Below, piece by piece: positions 38,696-54,813 of a DNA stretch of 64,000 bases (the first letter of the stretch is position 1; each line of letters opens with the position of its first letter). The stretch is taken from the NCBI RefSeq assembly GCF_009914755.1, contig NC_060928.1; one strand, 5' to 3'. Position numbers and translations under genes: made by a program. Source of the stretch: the human T2T-CHM13v2.0 reference genome, Homo sapiens. The notes under the pieces are model-generated. The model was not told the origin of the DNA. It saw only the letters and a list, made by a program, of their open reading frames with translations, and ran no database searches.

Positions 38696-39329
38696 GTGTA
38701 GATTCCATTGAGAAGAAGGTGTGTGCCTAACACCGTGAGAAAGTCTTGGCCCTGGTAATGCTGGTGAGGCCAGTGGCTGAGAAAAGAATAGCTCTTACCT
38801 AAGGCTGAGAACAGAAGACCCAAGGTTGTGGAAAACTGACAGTGGTGCCCTTCCTCACACAGAGTGCAAAGATTGGTGGCTTACCTGCTTCAGACTCTTG
38901 GACGTGCTCTTAAATGCAGATCCTGGCAGTCAGAGAGGAAAGGCTGAGAAAAGTTCACTCTTTGCCAAAGTAATAAATCCTTCTCTTTGATCCCTCAAAA
39001 GTTGATAGACGAAAACTCCTCAAAGCACCTAGGGGTAGGAACCCCACTTGAGAGTTGTGGGTTCTCCATTTCATCACAGGGATTTGCTGTGAAGGAATCC
39101 TGTGGTAAACTCCATAAGAAAATGTAAATAACATCCCCTCTCCAATTTATCTTTTCTGTAAATCTGGCTTTTCATATATTAGGTTTCTTTACAGTAAGTT
39201 GAAACCTTAAGAATAGATTTCAAAATATTTAGGAAATGGCCTATTTATTTTGAATGATATTCAACACCATTAAACTAGAGTGTTGGGAGAATATTTGGAC
39301 ATTCCATAATGATTTGACTTGTAACTTAA

Positions 39330-41935
<2,606 letters not shown>

Positions 41936-43560
41936 TGAACCTCTGAGACAATATTATAAAAATTAGCACATTCAAACCACGGAAATTGTCAAAGTGTAGC
42001 TAAAATATTAAACCTTTTAGATATGTTGTCTAGATATAATTATCCCATTTTATAGCCAGTGTTATGGACATCCAAAGACAATGTCAATTTTGCTAATAAA
42101 CTGCATCAAATAAGTGCATGGGAAAAAATAAAAAGTTGATACATTAAAAAAATGTTTTTGATACATCACTTTTATTTTGAAAACTTGAAATAAATTGCCA
42201 TTGTGAATTTGGCAGCTTTTACCCTGGCATGCCTACAAAGAATGTGATATACATTTAATCACGAAGAATGCCACCCAGTGATAACAGTGGTACTGGGGTT
42301 ATGATTATGTTTTAATTTGTTTTGTGCAGAAAGGCATGACCATTTGCAAAGCTGTCCTATGAAACGTATCATGTACTAGTCACCTCATGTTATCAGCATG
42401 CTCCTGGAGGAGTAGGCAATGGATTTTTTCACCAGTTCGCACTGTGCAATCTCTTCCTCATGTGTGTGAACTTTGTGGGATGTCAAGTACCCCATTAAAA
42501 CTGAATGAAGTATTTGAGGGGCTCCCACAAACCCTCTAGTGATCTTCTTTCAACAAACAGCATTTTATTGTGTAAATTAGAAAAACAACACAGAGTCTGG
42601 CTTAAAGAGGATGGAAAACTGGCATTACACCAAGAAAGAACCTGAACTTCAGTCTTTGACCTCAGGAGACATCCAAGTATTAAAACAGAATTTTTTTTTT
42701 TTATTTACATGGAAACCCTGATGGACCAGGAAATTCTTTATAATGTAGAGTCTGGTGCTAAGTCTTACTTTCAGGTGAACCCAAATGAAGATTATTGAAC
42801 TCACTGTTGAATCTCATCCCCTGTCTTTTTAACAGCAGTAAGACCCCTCTTGGTCAGCCACAATATGGGGAAACTCCTCAGCAGCTGCTGTTATCCCTAA
42901 TATTATTGATATCACTTCTACTTGCTCTTGCTATGTTTGTTTCTTTTCAGCAGAGCTTTCACAGTACTCTAAAAAGTAGAGGCTCTTAACATTAAAAGTT
43001 TCCTTAGCCTTTTCAATAACCCTTTCCTGGTTGTCTATGCTGGTGGCAGCCTCAACCTGAACCTGAGTGAATTTGTTTTTCTGGCCTGAGCTTTGCTGAG
43101 CCTCTTAAGGGGTAGACCGTCTATGTGTGTTTCTTTTATGTGAGATAAAACAGCACAATTTATTAAATATCTTCTGATTCTTAGACAGGATCTCAAGGGT
43201 GGAGCTACTCCAGGGCTCATTGATTTTCATGGCTTTTTGGCTGTTTGAAAAAGAGCCTCCTTTGACATCATGTGGGTTTTTGCTATTTCTATTTAAGGGT
43301 ATATCTTACATGTCAGATATATTATTATTGCTGTTTTAGTTCTAGACAGCAAGTGATATGAGCAAACAACAAAGCTTCCATGCTGTGAAATTATGCATTT
43401 ATTAAAGCTATCAATTGACACTTAGCTTTGAATTATTTATATTTTTCTATAAACTGTCGACAATCATAACGGGACCAGAACCATAGGTTCATATGGGAAG
43501 GTGATTTACTCATCTTCCTTTCTTGCCCTTAGGAGGAGTTGCAGACAGAGTATTATCTTT

Positions 43561-43800
43561 TTTTTTTTTTTTTTGAGACAAAGTCTTGCTCTGTTGCCCA
43601 GGCTGGAGTGCAGTGGCGCAATCTCTGCTCACTGCAACCTCTACCTCTTGGGACCATGCCTGGCTAATTTTTGTATTTTCAGTTGAGACGAGGTTTCACC
43701 ATATTGGCCAGGCTGGTCTTAAACTCCTGACCTCAGGTGATCCATCTGACTTGGCCTCCCAAAGTGCTGGGATTACAGGTGTGAGCCACCAGGCCTGGCC
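43561..43800 (-). mobile_element. AluS (Sx-like) with a 55-60 bp internal deletion in the right arm
   Basis: ...ctacctcttggg|accatgcctggctaattttt...; TSD cagag(t/c)attatcttt (43546-43560, 43801-43815). Confidence 0.93.
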
Positions 43801-44769
43801 CAGAGCATTATCTTTATCATGACTTTTTCCTTTATATGTATTGACTATTTGCAGGTGTATCACAACTACAGGAGACAGAAAGGGAAGCGGTATACCTCTT
43901 TCTGCATGCCTTGTGTTTAAAGCGTGCCTAGATTCTGATAAAGGCTTGCCTGACAGAAAAGGCAGAATGCCAGGGGTCTATCCCAAGATACTGAGTCATT
44001 CCTGTGTCCTTAAATGCCAAAGAGGTAGGATCAAAACACCAGATCTAAAACTTGACAATATAAGTTGTTAGACTTAATCTCCACCAGACTCAACTTGTAT
44101 CTCAGCTTCTCACTAATCTCCTATTTCTCATTCACTCACTGGTACCTTCAGCTTATTCTCTGTTTTCTCCTTTGTTTGTCAGGTTTTGGCATGATATCTC
44201 AGACACTTTTTTTCTCCTTGCTTCATTCAGCCAGCCCCAGGTGATTTGCCTTCCCAGACCACTGGCTTTCTCCTGAAAAGAGAAGACACAATTGACTTCT
44301 GGTCTTTCTTGCTGTCCATACTACATAGATTGTTATTCCAAAGCTTGGTCCAGGCTGAGTTCTTGGACACTGCTTTAAATGAGTGGCCCTTGACCAGAAG
44401 GGAGATCTAGAAACAAACACAATTTTCCTGGGGAAGCTGAGGCATTGTGTTTGAGGCCCACGTATCTTTGTACTCCTTCCGTCCTGTGATCCAGAAGTCT
44501 ATTTATGCCAGTCTTGCTTCAACCTCTCTCACAATTGCAGGGGAAAAGTCTACTGAAGGGAGAGAACATTTCAGCTAGGGGATATAACTTAAGGTGAGAA
44601 ATAAAAGTGAGACGAAGAAAACATGTTTGGTGAACTGGTTTGACCAGAACTCATGTTTCAAGTTGGAAATGTTCAAATAGGAGGAAGATAACTAAGGTAA
44701 AAATATTAAAGACTACTATTAAAAATTTGGAATTCAATAGTTAAACACCACAATTAGAGATATTTTTAT

Positions 44770-45075
44770 GACATTACTGATATTAGGATTGTCATTTACT
44801 GAGAAAAGTGTGTAAAAATCTCCCACTATGATTGATAATAGAATGTTTATTTTCCTTGAAGTTATTTCAATTATTACTTTATTTATTTTCGAGACTGTGT
44901 TATTCATTGCATACAAGTTGAGGATTGTGATATCTTCCTCGTGAATTGACTTTTGTCATCATATAATGACTTTCTTACCTGGAACAATGCATTTTGCCTT
45001 TAGGATTACTTTGTATGATATTAATACTTTGTCACCAGCTTTCTTTTGTTTAATGTTTGCCCCATAGTAAAATAT
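44770..45075 (-). mobile_element. Old L1M ORF2 endonuclease-domain fragment
   Basis: ORF 44734-44916 has MYAMN...IIVGDFYTLFSV, compare L1 EN IYAPN...IIVGDFNTPLS. Confidence 0.75.
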
Positions 45076-47242
45076 TATCTTGCCTTTTGGAACATCTTGG
45101 AATTTTTCCTCCTGCCTTTCTAACCTATCTTCACTGTGTCCTTCTATTTCTTCTTTTTTTCCTCCTACTCCTGATTACCCCCAAAACCCAGGCCTTGAAC
45201 ATAGGGGTATATCTGTGTGTGTACGTAGATGCACGTGCCAACTTTTTTATCTCAAGGCTTTAACTGTTACTCTATCATTGAAACTGCATTTCACACCTTC
45301 TCTTTAGTCTCAAATTCCCAACTGCCACTCATCATCTTCCCTTCCCTTGCCTATATCTCTACTCTATTCTCTTTTTCTCTTGGGCTTGCAGCCTTGGAGT
45401 CAACCTTTTTTCCGCTTTATGCTCTATATTAAGCTGTCATAAATGCCATGACCTTTGCTGAAATGCCTAACAGATTCTCAGCAATAAGCTCACAGGGAAA
45501 GGGCAAAGCCAGGAGTGCAGGACGAGGGGAGGATCAGTGGCAGCCATCCTGTAGATTATCTACTGAAATTCTTTCCATTCCTTTGAATTTCTGCTCCTTT
45601 GAAGCCCTGGATTATAATAATTATCTTGGAAAGTTTTTCAGTCCGAGATCCAAAAATTCTTAATTGGGACCTCTTCAGTGAAAATGACATTCAGTGAAAA
45701 TCCCTGGCAACATTTTCCTAGATGAGAAAAAGAATTAGGAATCAGATGAAGACGTGAGAAAGCCATGACTTCACAACGTGTAAAGCATGTGCTGATAGCT
45801 TGTGGAAGAGTGTCTTAGGAGGTCCCTGTCCCAATGAGGATAACTTCTTAATCAGAATCTTGTTTCCAAGTTCTCCCTCAACTCCAGGATAAACTTTAAA
45901 AAGGAAAACAAAATCCTTGCTAGAAAATTTTCCATCATTTTTCTCTTTTCTGTATGAGTAGCATGGATGAAAGAGTTCTGTGACTGAGTTGAGGTTTGCA
46001 TCTAACTATTGAGCCATGGCAAAAAATATTAAGCATCACTATTTGTTGTCATATAAGGAATTTAGTGGGGTTTGAGGTTTTAAATGTTATTGTTTTTCTC
46101 TATAGTAATATCCCTTCAATCCCCTTGGTTATCTTTCTAGAGCAATATAAAATGACCTGACTTCTGTGAGAAGTCTTTAGCTTTTGGAAATCCTCACCTA
46201 GGTTTCTTTCACCTAGAGAATTGGTTTCTGAGAAAATCCTCCTTCCTTTTACTGAACAGTGAACTGGGAGCCTTTAAATGGAGTGGAGGTGGAGGAAGAT
46301 GGAAGTGAGGCAGGTAGAATTTGTCATTCTGTCCCCCTGGGAGAATGAGGAAATTAGCATCCAGTTCTCTAGAACCTAGAGTTTCAGGGATCTATTTGAG
46401 TGGGAAAAAGCATTCCTTGTTTTTTTGTGACCTACTTAAACATTCTGTGAAAGTTGTAATCATTTGAGGTTTTCTAAGAAAAGAAAAAAAAAAGTCTAAA
46501 TATAATCCTAAAAGGGAGCTAACCTAACAACAAAGAACACCCGGTTGCAGAGATTATTTCTCTGGAAATTGGCAAAAAGAGACAAAAATCTTCCCTGGCG
46601 ATTACTGGCTATACCTGCTGCTACACCTGATTTCATGCTTTTTATTCCTGGCAGCACTATTGGCCTTCTCCAATGTGGGCTTCTCCAAACTTCACACCCA
46701 GGGGCACACAAATCCTATTTCTCCCATCTGGAAAGCTCTGCTCACTTCTTCCCAAGTCCGCTTCCCACCTGCCTTTGAAATGCAGCTAAAGACCACTTCA
46801 CAGAGATTCCCTCAATGCTAGCTCTTCCGCTATGCCCTTCATTCTTTCTCTTAAACCCCTAGAACTCTTAGAACCTGTTAACAGTGTATGACATCCTAAG
46901 TGCTCTAATTCAGGGACAGCAGAGAATGCAGTCCAGGCTCCTGGTCCAGTAGTGGGGATGGATTGTGCTGGTCCACCCGCATGCTGCCATTCAGTCTGCT
47001 TTATCGTGAGCACTTCCCATTTGCCAGCAGGGGCTAATGGTGTAGGCCAACCATGGAAGAACGTGAAGCTCATCTCAGTTTAGCTGACTGGATGCAGCCT
47101 GCAGCAAGCATGTGTTGTTGTTTCATACATTCCTGTCTTTGCTCTGTGTGCACATTTGGGTTTCATCTTTTCCTCCTAGCGGCACACGTTCCCATAGACT
47201 TTGTGCTTGCATGTATTAAGGAACATTGCGTTGTCAAAAGGT

Positions 47243-47460
47243 AATAATAAGAGCAGCTAAAAATTATTGAGAACACGTGATGTTGTAGGCACTCTTTTAA
47301 ACATTTTTATATGCATTTAATCCTTGCAACAATACTATAAGGTAGTTATTATCCCATTTTATGGATGAAGAAAATAAAGTACTGAGAGGTTATGTTACTT
47401 TCCCAGGGCCACATGGCTAGTAAATTCTAAAGCCCAAGCTATTGACCTTGAGCCTATGCT
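47243..47460 (-). mobile_element. MIR
   Basis: ttattgagaac...aggcactc...catttaatccttgcaacaa...aaggtagttattatcccattttatggatgaagaaa...cccagggccacatggctagtaa. Confidence 0.85.
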
Positions 47461-48539
47461 CACTCCAGGCTTTGGAGTTGTAGGAGATGTGCAAGGCTTA
47501 ATGAACACTGAGTGAACTTATGAGGCAGTTCAGTCATCTGACATCCTCATTAAATCTGATTTGAAGAAATGACAGAGAGAAAGTTGATAGAGCTTAGAAA
47601 TTTGGTTCTAGGTGAGACCTTAAAAGTCATGTCACCAAGGAATAAGAGACCCTCAAGAGGTTAGATAAGTCCTCTGTGCATCATTTCCTCCTGACCTGTA
47701 TCTCAACGTCAAAGCTGTCAACAAAAATGAACAGGGAGCAGCACTTAGTTTGTATGATGTATTCATAATGTTTGGGGTGCCAAACAGAAGTCTTATGACA
47801 TGGTATTTTTGCCCGGCTGGGTTTTTCTATACTAGGGCATGGCCATGGTTTTAATGCTTTATTTATTAAAGTTATTAGAAGATAAATATGTGCAATCATT
47901 GAAACTTTTCTTATTTTCAAATAAGAAAGGGAAACTTAAAAAATTTAGATTTAGCAACTAACTTTTATTTAGAACTGCCATATGATCTAACATAAAGTTT
48001 TCTTACAATCTGAATTTGAAACATTCAGGATTATTTTACTAAGATCTGAAAAGGTAATTTGACATACTATCTATAAAAGTGTGAATTACCCTGGGGATTA
48101 GGAGGTGAGGTTCTGTAGTAATTAGGTATGCCAAAAATAATTTTTTACCCTCCTCCCCCTCTTCCTTCTTTCTTTTCTGCATTTACATGTATTGCTCTTG
48201 GTCTCTCATGTCATTCTTTCAGGATTTTCTAATGTAATGAATTTCTCTTTCTCTACCCTAGAGAGTACCATTATTTCCATTCTTTCATGGAACTGTAAGT
48301 GTGTGCAATTTGTTGACCTCGTGGTATTTCAAAGAACTGTAAAATCTCAATTATCAGGAATGCCCAGGGAAAGGGGCTTTTAATGGAATGGATTTTTCTC
48401 TTAAACTGAAGGTTAATCAGGACTCTTCTCTCCCCCCCGTTTCAAATTTATTGGTTGCAATTTTTTTTCCCTAATCTGTGAGTGTACTTTCTGGGCTTTG
48501 CTGAAATGGGAGGTTATCTGATTGACTAGCAATCATAAG

Positions 48540-48890
48540 CCCTATGTTTAAGTCCACATTCTTCCATTTGCCAGCTCTATGGTTTGAGGAAGTTATGACA
48601 CTGAGCCATTTGAAAAATGGAGATAGCAACACTTGTCCTACCTATGTCACCTGGGCTGTTTAGTGTATCAAATTATATAAAGACAATGGACTTGCTTTGT
48701 ACAAGTCTTAAGTTTTATTTTAATGAATTATGACAACTACCAAGTTCTGAGTGCCTAGGGGCCAGGTGCTCCATACACATTATTGTTATTTCCACAATAA
48801 ACCTACTATATATATAGATGTATATAGATGAGAAAAGTAAGGCTTGGGAGATAAGTGACTTGCCCAAGATTATGTAAATAACAGTGGAAC
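48540..48890. mobile_element. Two tail-to-tail MIR fragments (+ about 48540-48715; - about 48725-48890)
   Basis: ccatttgccagct...aaaatggagatagcaacac; tgagtgcctaggggccagg...gatgagaaaagtaaggcttgggagataagtgacttgcccaag. Confidence 0.6.
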
Positions 48891-49009
48891 TAAATTTCTT
48901 TACAGCAAATTGATACCTTGATTAATCAAAAGTCTTTATTCTAAGTACCATTTCTTGTGGATAAAGAGAGTACAGAAGATTGCCTAGAAGCATACTGACC
49001 TTAGGATGC

Positions 49010-49960
49010 ATTGTTTTGCTTAGGGTTCTTTTAGTTATAAGGAACAGAGATGTTAGGTTTCAGAGGGATTTCAGAGAAACCCAATGACAGAAATTGAATT
49101 ATAGTTGGGTGTTAAGGAAGCTGTCATGAATCAAGCCTACTCTTGCCTCTCCTCTTTCTTCTCCTCTCCTTCCTTCTTTTCGCTCTCTCTTTGTCCACAC
49201 AGGCAAAATCTTCCTTACATATGTGGCCTTCACTCTCTTTTGTCTATTGACTGGCTTCCTCATAACTGTAGCTTGCATATGGTTCATCATATGGTTTGGG
49301 TCTGTGTCCCCACCCAAATCTCATGTTCAATTGTAATCCCCCATGTTGGAGGAGGAGCCTGGTGGGACGTTCCTTGGATCATGGGGATGGTCCTTCATGA
49401 ATGGTTTAGCACCATTCTCTTGGTGCTGTTCTTGTGACAGTGAGTGAGTTATCGTGAGATCTCGTTGTTTTAAAGTATGTGGCACCTCCCCTGTCTCTCT
49501 CTTCCTCCTGCTCCAGCCATGTGAAGTGCCTTGCTTCCCTTTTGCCTTCTGCCATGATTGGAAGTTCCTTGAGACCTCCCCAGAAGCTCCTGTATAGCCT
49601 GCAGAACCGTGAGCCAATTAAACCTTCTTTCTTTATAAATTACCCAGTCTCAGGTATTTCTCTATAGCAATGTGAGAATGGACTAATACAGACCGTAGTA
49701 GGGACTCTACACCTCCATATAGCATAGTATCTCTTGATCTGTCCATTTAGCTTTTGCCCTGTTGCTTACTGGAAATTCTCTAGGTCTTGTGATTCAGATT
49801 CCTGAAGGAGGATTCTTACTGGCCCAGCTCATCTATTCTAGTCAGATCCCAGGTCACTGACTGCTACAAGCTCATGGATTGGCTGCTTTTGCATCAGGTG
49901 TCCTGCTTTGGTGCTGCCCACTTAGCAAAGCTAAGGGAAGACTAGGAAATAAAAGCAATG
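49010..49960 (-). mobile_element. Old MaLR (MLT1-type) LTR remnant split by MST
   Basis: ttagggttcttttagttataaggaacagaga...; ggattcttactggcccagctc...ggattggctgc...tcaggtgtcc. Confidence 0.45.
49287..49690 (+). mobile_element. MaLR solo LTR (MSTA-like)
   Basis: atatggtttgggtctgtgtccccacccaaatctcatgtt...gcctgcagaaccgtgagccaattaaacc...ttacccagtctcaggtatttc...gaatggactaataca. Confidence 0.92.
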
Positions 49961-51171
49961 TGACAGCTACATCTATCATCACTATTAAAGAAGGCTATAT
50001 ATCACGATATATTTGTTTTTGTAAAAATCCTTAATATTTTATTGTTATCTTTTAGTTCTTATTCTCTTCTTTTCAACGTAGTCCCTCGTCTTTCAAAATA
50101 TTTCTCAGTAATTGGGTTCCTGTTGACTCAAATTTTATGACACAGAACCTTGTTTATAACCTCCTAACTTACCATTACTAATATCAGTTCTGTAGTCATA
50201 TATACCACAATTTTATATGTTTTTGAAGAAGGTAGTAGGAAAATATGTCATAGTTTAAGTTTTATACTAAGCATAAGTCATGTCATAGTAGAAGTCTTTT
50301 TTCTATTAATAGAAGATGTCATGTCTCAAGGTTATTGTTGGAATATACCGTAATTAATTTTTTTAATCCTTAAAATAGGAGAATTGAGGGTTTCCGAGTA
50401 GTGTGAATACATGAAAAGTGAAAAAAATGGGTCATCTTCTAGGAAGGCCTGCAGAACTTAAAACTGAGAACAGGCCTTAGACTTGCTTTCTTTCCTCTCC
50501 TGGCACTTCCTGGGTTTTGTTTTCCTCCCTGCTGGTAGGTTTTGATGGGAAGGCATTATATTTCTGTTTATCTGAATATCTATTTTACTCACAAACTTTT
50601 TTCTTTTATCATAGCTGATATGAAGTGAAAACATGTATCACTTGGCTCAGCCTGAACTGCTGTGTGATAGGATGTCCCTGTATCAACCATGAACCAGAAG
50701 TGGAACAGGGACCTAATTAATATTTATGCTGACCTTGGTGGCTGTTGTAAAATAAACTACCATACATCTAAAACCTCACCACACTGGGTTGGATAGCTAA
50801 AACTTCTATACTATTCATGGCTTAACTTCTGAGATTTATATGCCTCTTGAAGAGAAAGTACTCATCACTGCTGAAAGTTTAACTTTCTATTTTTGTTATG
50901 GCCTCCATTACATTTCCAAATATTCCTTTACTTAATTTTATCCATAAACCTGAAGCCTTCACTTTCTTAGTGAGGTACTAGATTCTTTGTATATAAATTT
51001 GACTGTATTGGAAAGCCTGGGTCCATGTGTTTTTAGTCCTTAACTCTCCAGTCCTTGTAGATTTCCTTGTATATAAACACTTTAACTGAGTTATAGAACC
51101 TCTTCCTCTGTGAACTGGTGTCAGGCTCTGGTGGTAGGTCCTCTTCCTACTCTACATGCTGCCTACCCTCT

Positions 51172-51715
51172 TGTATGGAAAAAGATTAACTGTTTTCCTC
51201 ACACTCAGCGCAAAACACTTCTGGTCACCAAAACGTGTGGGTTTCTCCCACACAAAGCAATTCTCTGACACCAGCTGGATATCCTACAGTTCAGTTCAAT
51301 TCTGTGCTAACTGAAGTTGGCACAGACTCCACGTGTTAAGGGCTCAGCCCCTCAAGACTGTCCCCGGCTTCAGATGTCAGTCACTAGTGGTAGTTTCCCA
51401 TGTTACCCATGACTTGTGTCAGACTTGGCTGTAAACTGGAGGGTCCCAAAGCCCCCTTCTCTGGTTTGATCACTTGTTAGAACAGCTCACAGAATGAGGA
51501 AGGTGCTTTACTTATTATTAGCCATTGATTATAAGATGATATAAGTCAGGAACATTCAGAAGGAAGAGATGCACAGGTGAAGGTATGTGGGAAGGGGTGT
51601 GAACTTCTGTGCCCTCTCTGGGACCACCACTCTCCAGGTACCTCCTCCTGTTTGGCAACCCAGTTATGGAGGCTTCATTACATAAGCATGATTGATTAAA
51701 TCAGGCCACTAGTGA
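51172..51715 (-). mobile_element. MER21-type LTR, truncated by L1
   Basis: acacttctggtcaccaaa...acaccagctggatatcctacagttcagttcaattct...ggctcagcccctcaagactg...tatggaggcttcattacataagcatgattgattaaatca. Confidence 0.8.
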
Positions 51716-54700
51716 TTTTTTAAAAAATTTAATTAACACCTAATAATTGTACATCTTTATGGGGTGCAATGTGATATTCCAATTTATGTATACATGTGTA
51801 ATAATCAAATCAGGGTAATTAGCATATCCATCACTTCCAACATTTACAATTTGTTTGTGTTGGGAACATTCAAAACCTCTCTTCTAGCTACTTGAAAATA
51901 TATAATAAATTAACGTTAACTATAGTCATCCTACAGTGCTAATAGAACGCTAAAACTTTTTCCTCCCATTTAGCTGTGATTCTGTATCTGTTAACCAAAC
52001 TCTCCCTCTTCCCTACTTCCCCCTACACTTCCCAGCCTCTAGTAACTACTATTCTACTGTCTATTTATATAGGATCAACTTTTTCAGCTCTCACAAATGA
52101 GTAAGAACATGTGGTATTTTTCTTTCTGTGCCTGGCTTGTTTCACTTAACATAACGTCTTCCCAGCTCATCCATGTTGCTGTGAATGATAAGATTTTGTT
52201 CTTTTTTATGGCCGATTAGTATTTCATTGTGTACATATACCACATTTTCTTTATCCATTCATCTGTTGATGGACACTAAGGCTGATTCTATATTTTGTCT
52301 AGTGTGAATAGTGCTGCAATAAACATGGGAGTGCAGATATCTCTTCAACATACTGATTTCCTTTCCTTTGGATATATACCCACTAGTGGGATTACTGGAT
52401 CATATGGTAGTTCTATTTTTAGTTTTTTTTGAAAAATCTCCATACTGCTTCCCATAATGGCTGTACTAATTTACATTTCAACCAACAGGGTATAAGAATT
52501 CCCTTTTCTCCACATCTTCACCAGCATTTGTTATTTTTTTGTCTTTTTATAATAACCATTCTAACTGAGGTGAGATGGTATCTCATTGTAGTTTTGATTT
52601 GAATTTCCCTGATGGTTAGCAACGTTGAGCATTTTTCACACACTTGTTGGTCATTTGTATGTCTTCCTTTAAGAAATGTCTATTCAGATCATTTGCCCAT
52701 TTTAAAATTGGGTTATATGGTTTTTTTGCTGTTTGCTGTTTGAGTTCTTTGTGTATTCTGGATCTTAATCCCTTGTCAGATAAATGGTTTGGAATTATCT
52801 TCTCCTGTTCTACAGGTTATCTCTTCACTCTGTTGATTGTTTTCTTTGCTGTGCAGAAGCTTCATAGTTTGATATAATCCCATTTGTCTATTTTTGCTTT
52901 TGTTGCCTGTGCTTTTGAGGCCTTATCCATAAAATCTTTGCCCAGAACAGTGTCCTAAAGTGGTTCCCCTATGTTTTCTTTGAGTAGTTTCATAGTTTTT
53001 ATCCTTACTTTTACATCTTTAATAAATTTTGGGTTGATTTTATATATGATGAGAGATAGGGGTCTAGTTTTATTCTTCTGAGTATGAATATCCAATTTTC
53101 CCAGCACCATTTACTGAAAAGGGTGTTTTTTCTTCAGTGGATGTTTTCAGTGCCTTTGTTGAAAATCAGTTGGCTATAAATACATGAATTTATTTCTGGT
53201 GCCATTTGTCTATGTGTCTTTTTATGCCAGTACCCTGTTGTTTGGTTACTATGGCTTTGTAGTGTATTTTGAAGTCGGGTAGTGTGATACTTCCACCTTC
53301 ATTCTTTTTCCTCGGGATTACTTTCACTAGTTGAGGTCTTTTGTAGTTCCATACACATTTTAGGATTTTTTTTTCCTACTTCAGTGAAGAATGTTAAAGG
53401 TATTTTGATAGGAATTGCATTGAATAAATAGATTGCTTTAAGTAGTATGATCATTTTAACAATATTAGTTTTTCCAATCCGTAATCTTGGGATGTCTTTC
53501 CATTTTTTTGTGTCTTCTTCAATTTCTTTCTTAAGTGTTTTATAGTTTTATAGTTTTCAACGCAGAGATATTTCACCTTCTTGGTTAAATTTGTTCATTT
53601 TTTTTATAGTTATTATAAATGGGATTGCCTTCTTGTATTAGTTTGTTTTCACACGGCTATAAATAGCTACCTGAGACTGGGTAATTTATAAACAAAAGAA
53701 GTTTAACTGACTCACAGTTCCACATGGCTAGGGAGACCTCAGGAATACAATCATGGCAGAAGGTGAAGGAGAAGCAAGGCACATCTTACATGGTGGCAGG
53801 AGAGAGTGTGTAGGGGAAACTGCCACTTTTAAACCATTGGATCTCATGAGAACTCCCTCACTATCATGAAAATAGCATGGGGGAAACCGCCCCCATGATC
53901 CAATCACCCCCCAACCAGGTCCCTCCTTCAACATGTGGGGATTACAATTCAAGATGAAATTTGGGAGAGGACACAGAGCCAAACCATATCACTTCTTGAT
54001 TTCTTTTTCAGCTAGTTAATTGCAGTATAGAAACACTATTGATTTTGGTATGTTGATTTTATAACTTGCAATTTCACTGAATTTGTTTCTTTTCTAAGAG
54101 TTTTTTGATGGAGTCTTTCGATGAAGGTTTTTCCATATATAAGAATATGTCCTCAGCAAACAGGGAAAATTTTACTTCCATCTTTCCAATTTGGATGCCC
54201 TTTATTTTGTTCTCTTGCCTAATTGTGCTCTGGCTAGGACTTTAAGTATTATGTTGAGTAAGAGTGGTGAAAGTGGGCTTTGCGTCTTATTCCAGTTCTT
54301 AGAAGAACTCCCCCCAACCGCCATTCAATATGATGTTAGCTGTGGGTTTGTCATATATGGCCTCTATTGTGTTGAGGTATATTATTTCTGTACATAATTT
54401 ATTGAGAGTTCTTGTCATGAAAAGATTTTGAATTGTAGCACATGCTTTTTCTGTGAATACTGAGAGGATTATATTAGTTTTTATTCTTCATTCTGTTGAT
54501 GTGATGTGTGATGTATATTGATTTGCATATTTGAACCATCCTTGCATCCTTGAGATAAACCCCACTTGATCATGGTGTATAATTCTTTTGATGTGCTATT
54601 GAATTTCTTTTGCTAGTATTTTGCTGTGGATTTTTGCATCTATGTTCATCAAATATATTGGTCTATAGTTTTCTTTCTTTGTTGTGTTCTTTTCTGGTTT

Positions 54701-54813
54701 TGGTGTGAGAATAATTCTGGCCTCGTAGATTAGGTTTGGAAGAATTCCACTCCCCACCTCCATTTTTTGGAATAGTTTGAGATGAATTGGTGTTAGTTCT
54801 TATTTAAAAGTTT
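51716..54813 (-). mobile_element. L1MA (L1MA4-like) 3' UTR plus ORF2 3' half, decayed
   Basis: T-rich tail at left, then antisense L1MA 3' UTR (caaatcagggtaattagcatatccatcac) and ORF2 (ttgctgtgcagaagc, cccacttgatcatgg). Confidence 0.93.
53634..53991 (-). mobile_element. THE1 (THE1D-like) solo LTR inserted in L1
   Basis: tgtattagtttgttttcacac...cctgagactgggtaatttata...catggcagaaggtgaagg...gacacagagccaaaccatatca; perfect TSD cttct. Confidence 0.93.

Noticed and set aside
37985-39200. Possible ancient Tigger-like element termini
   Set aside because: Resemblance too weak to support without a Dfam search
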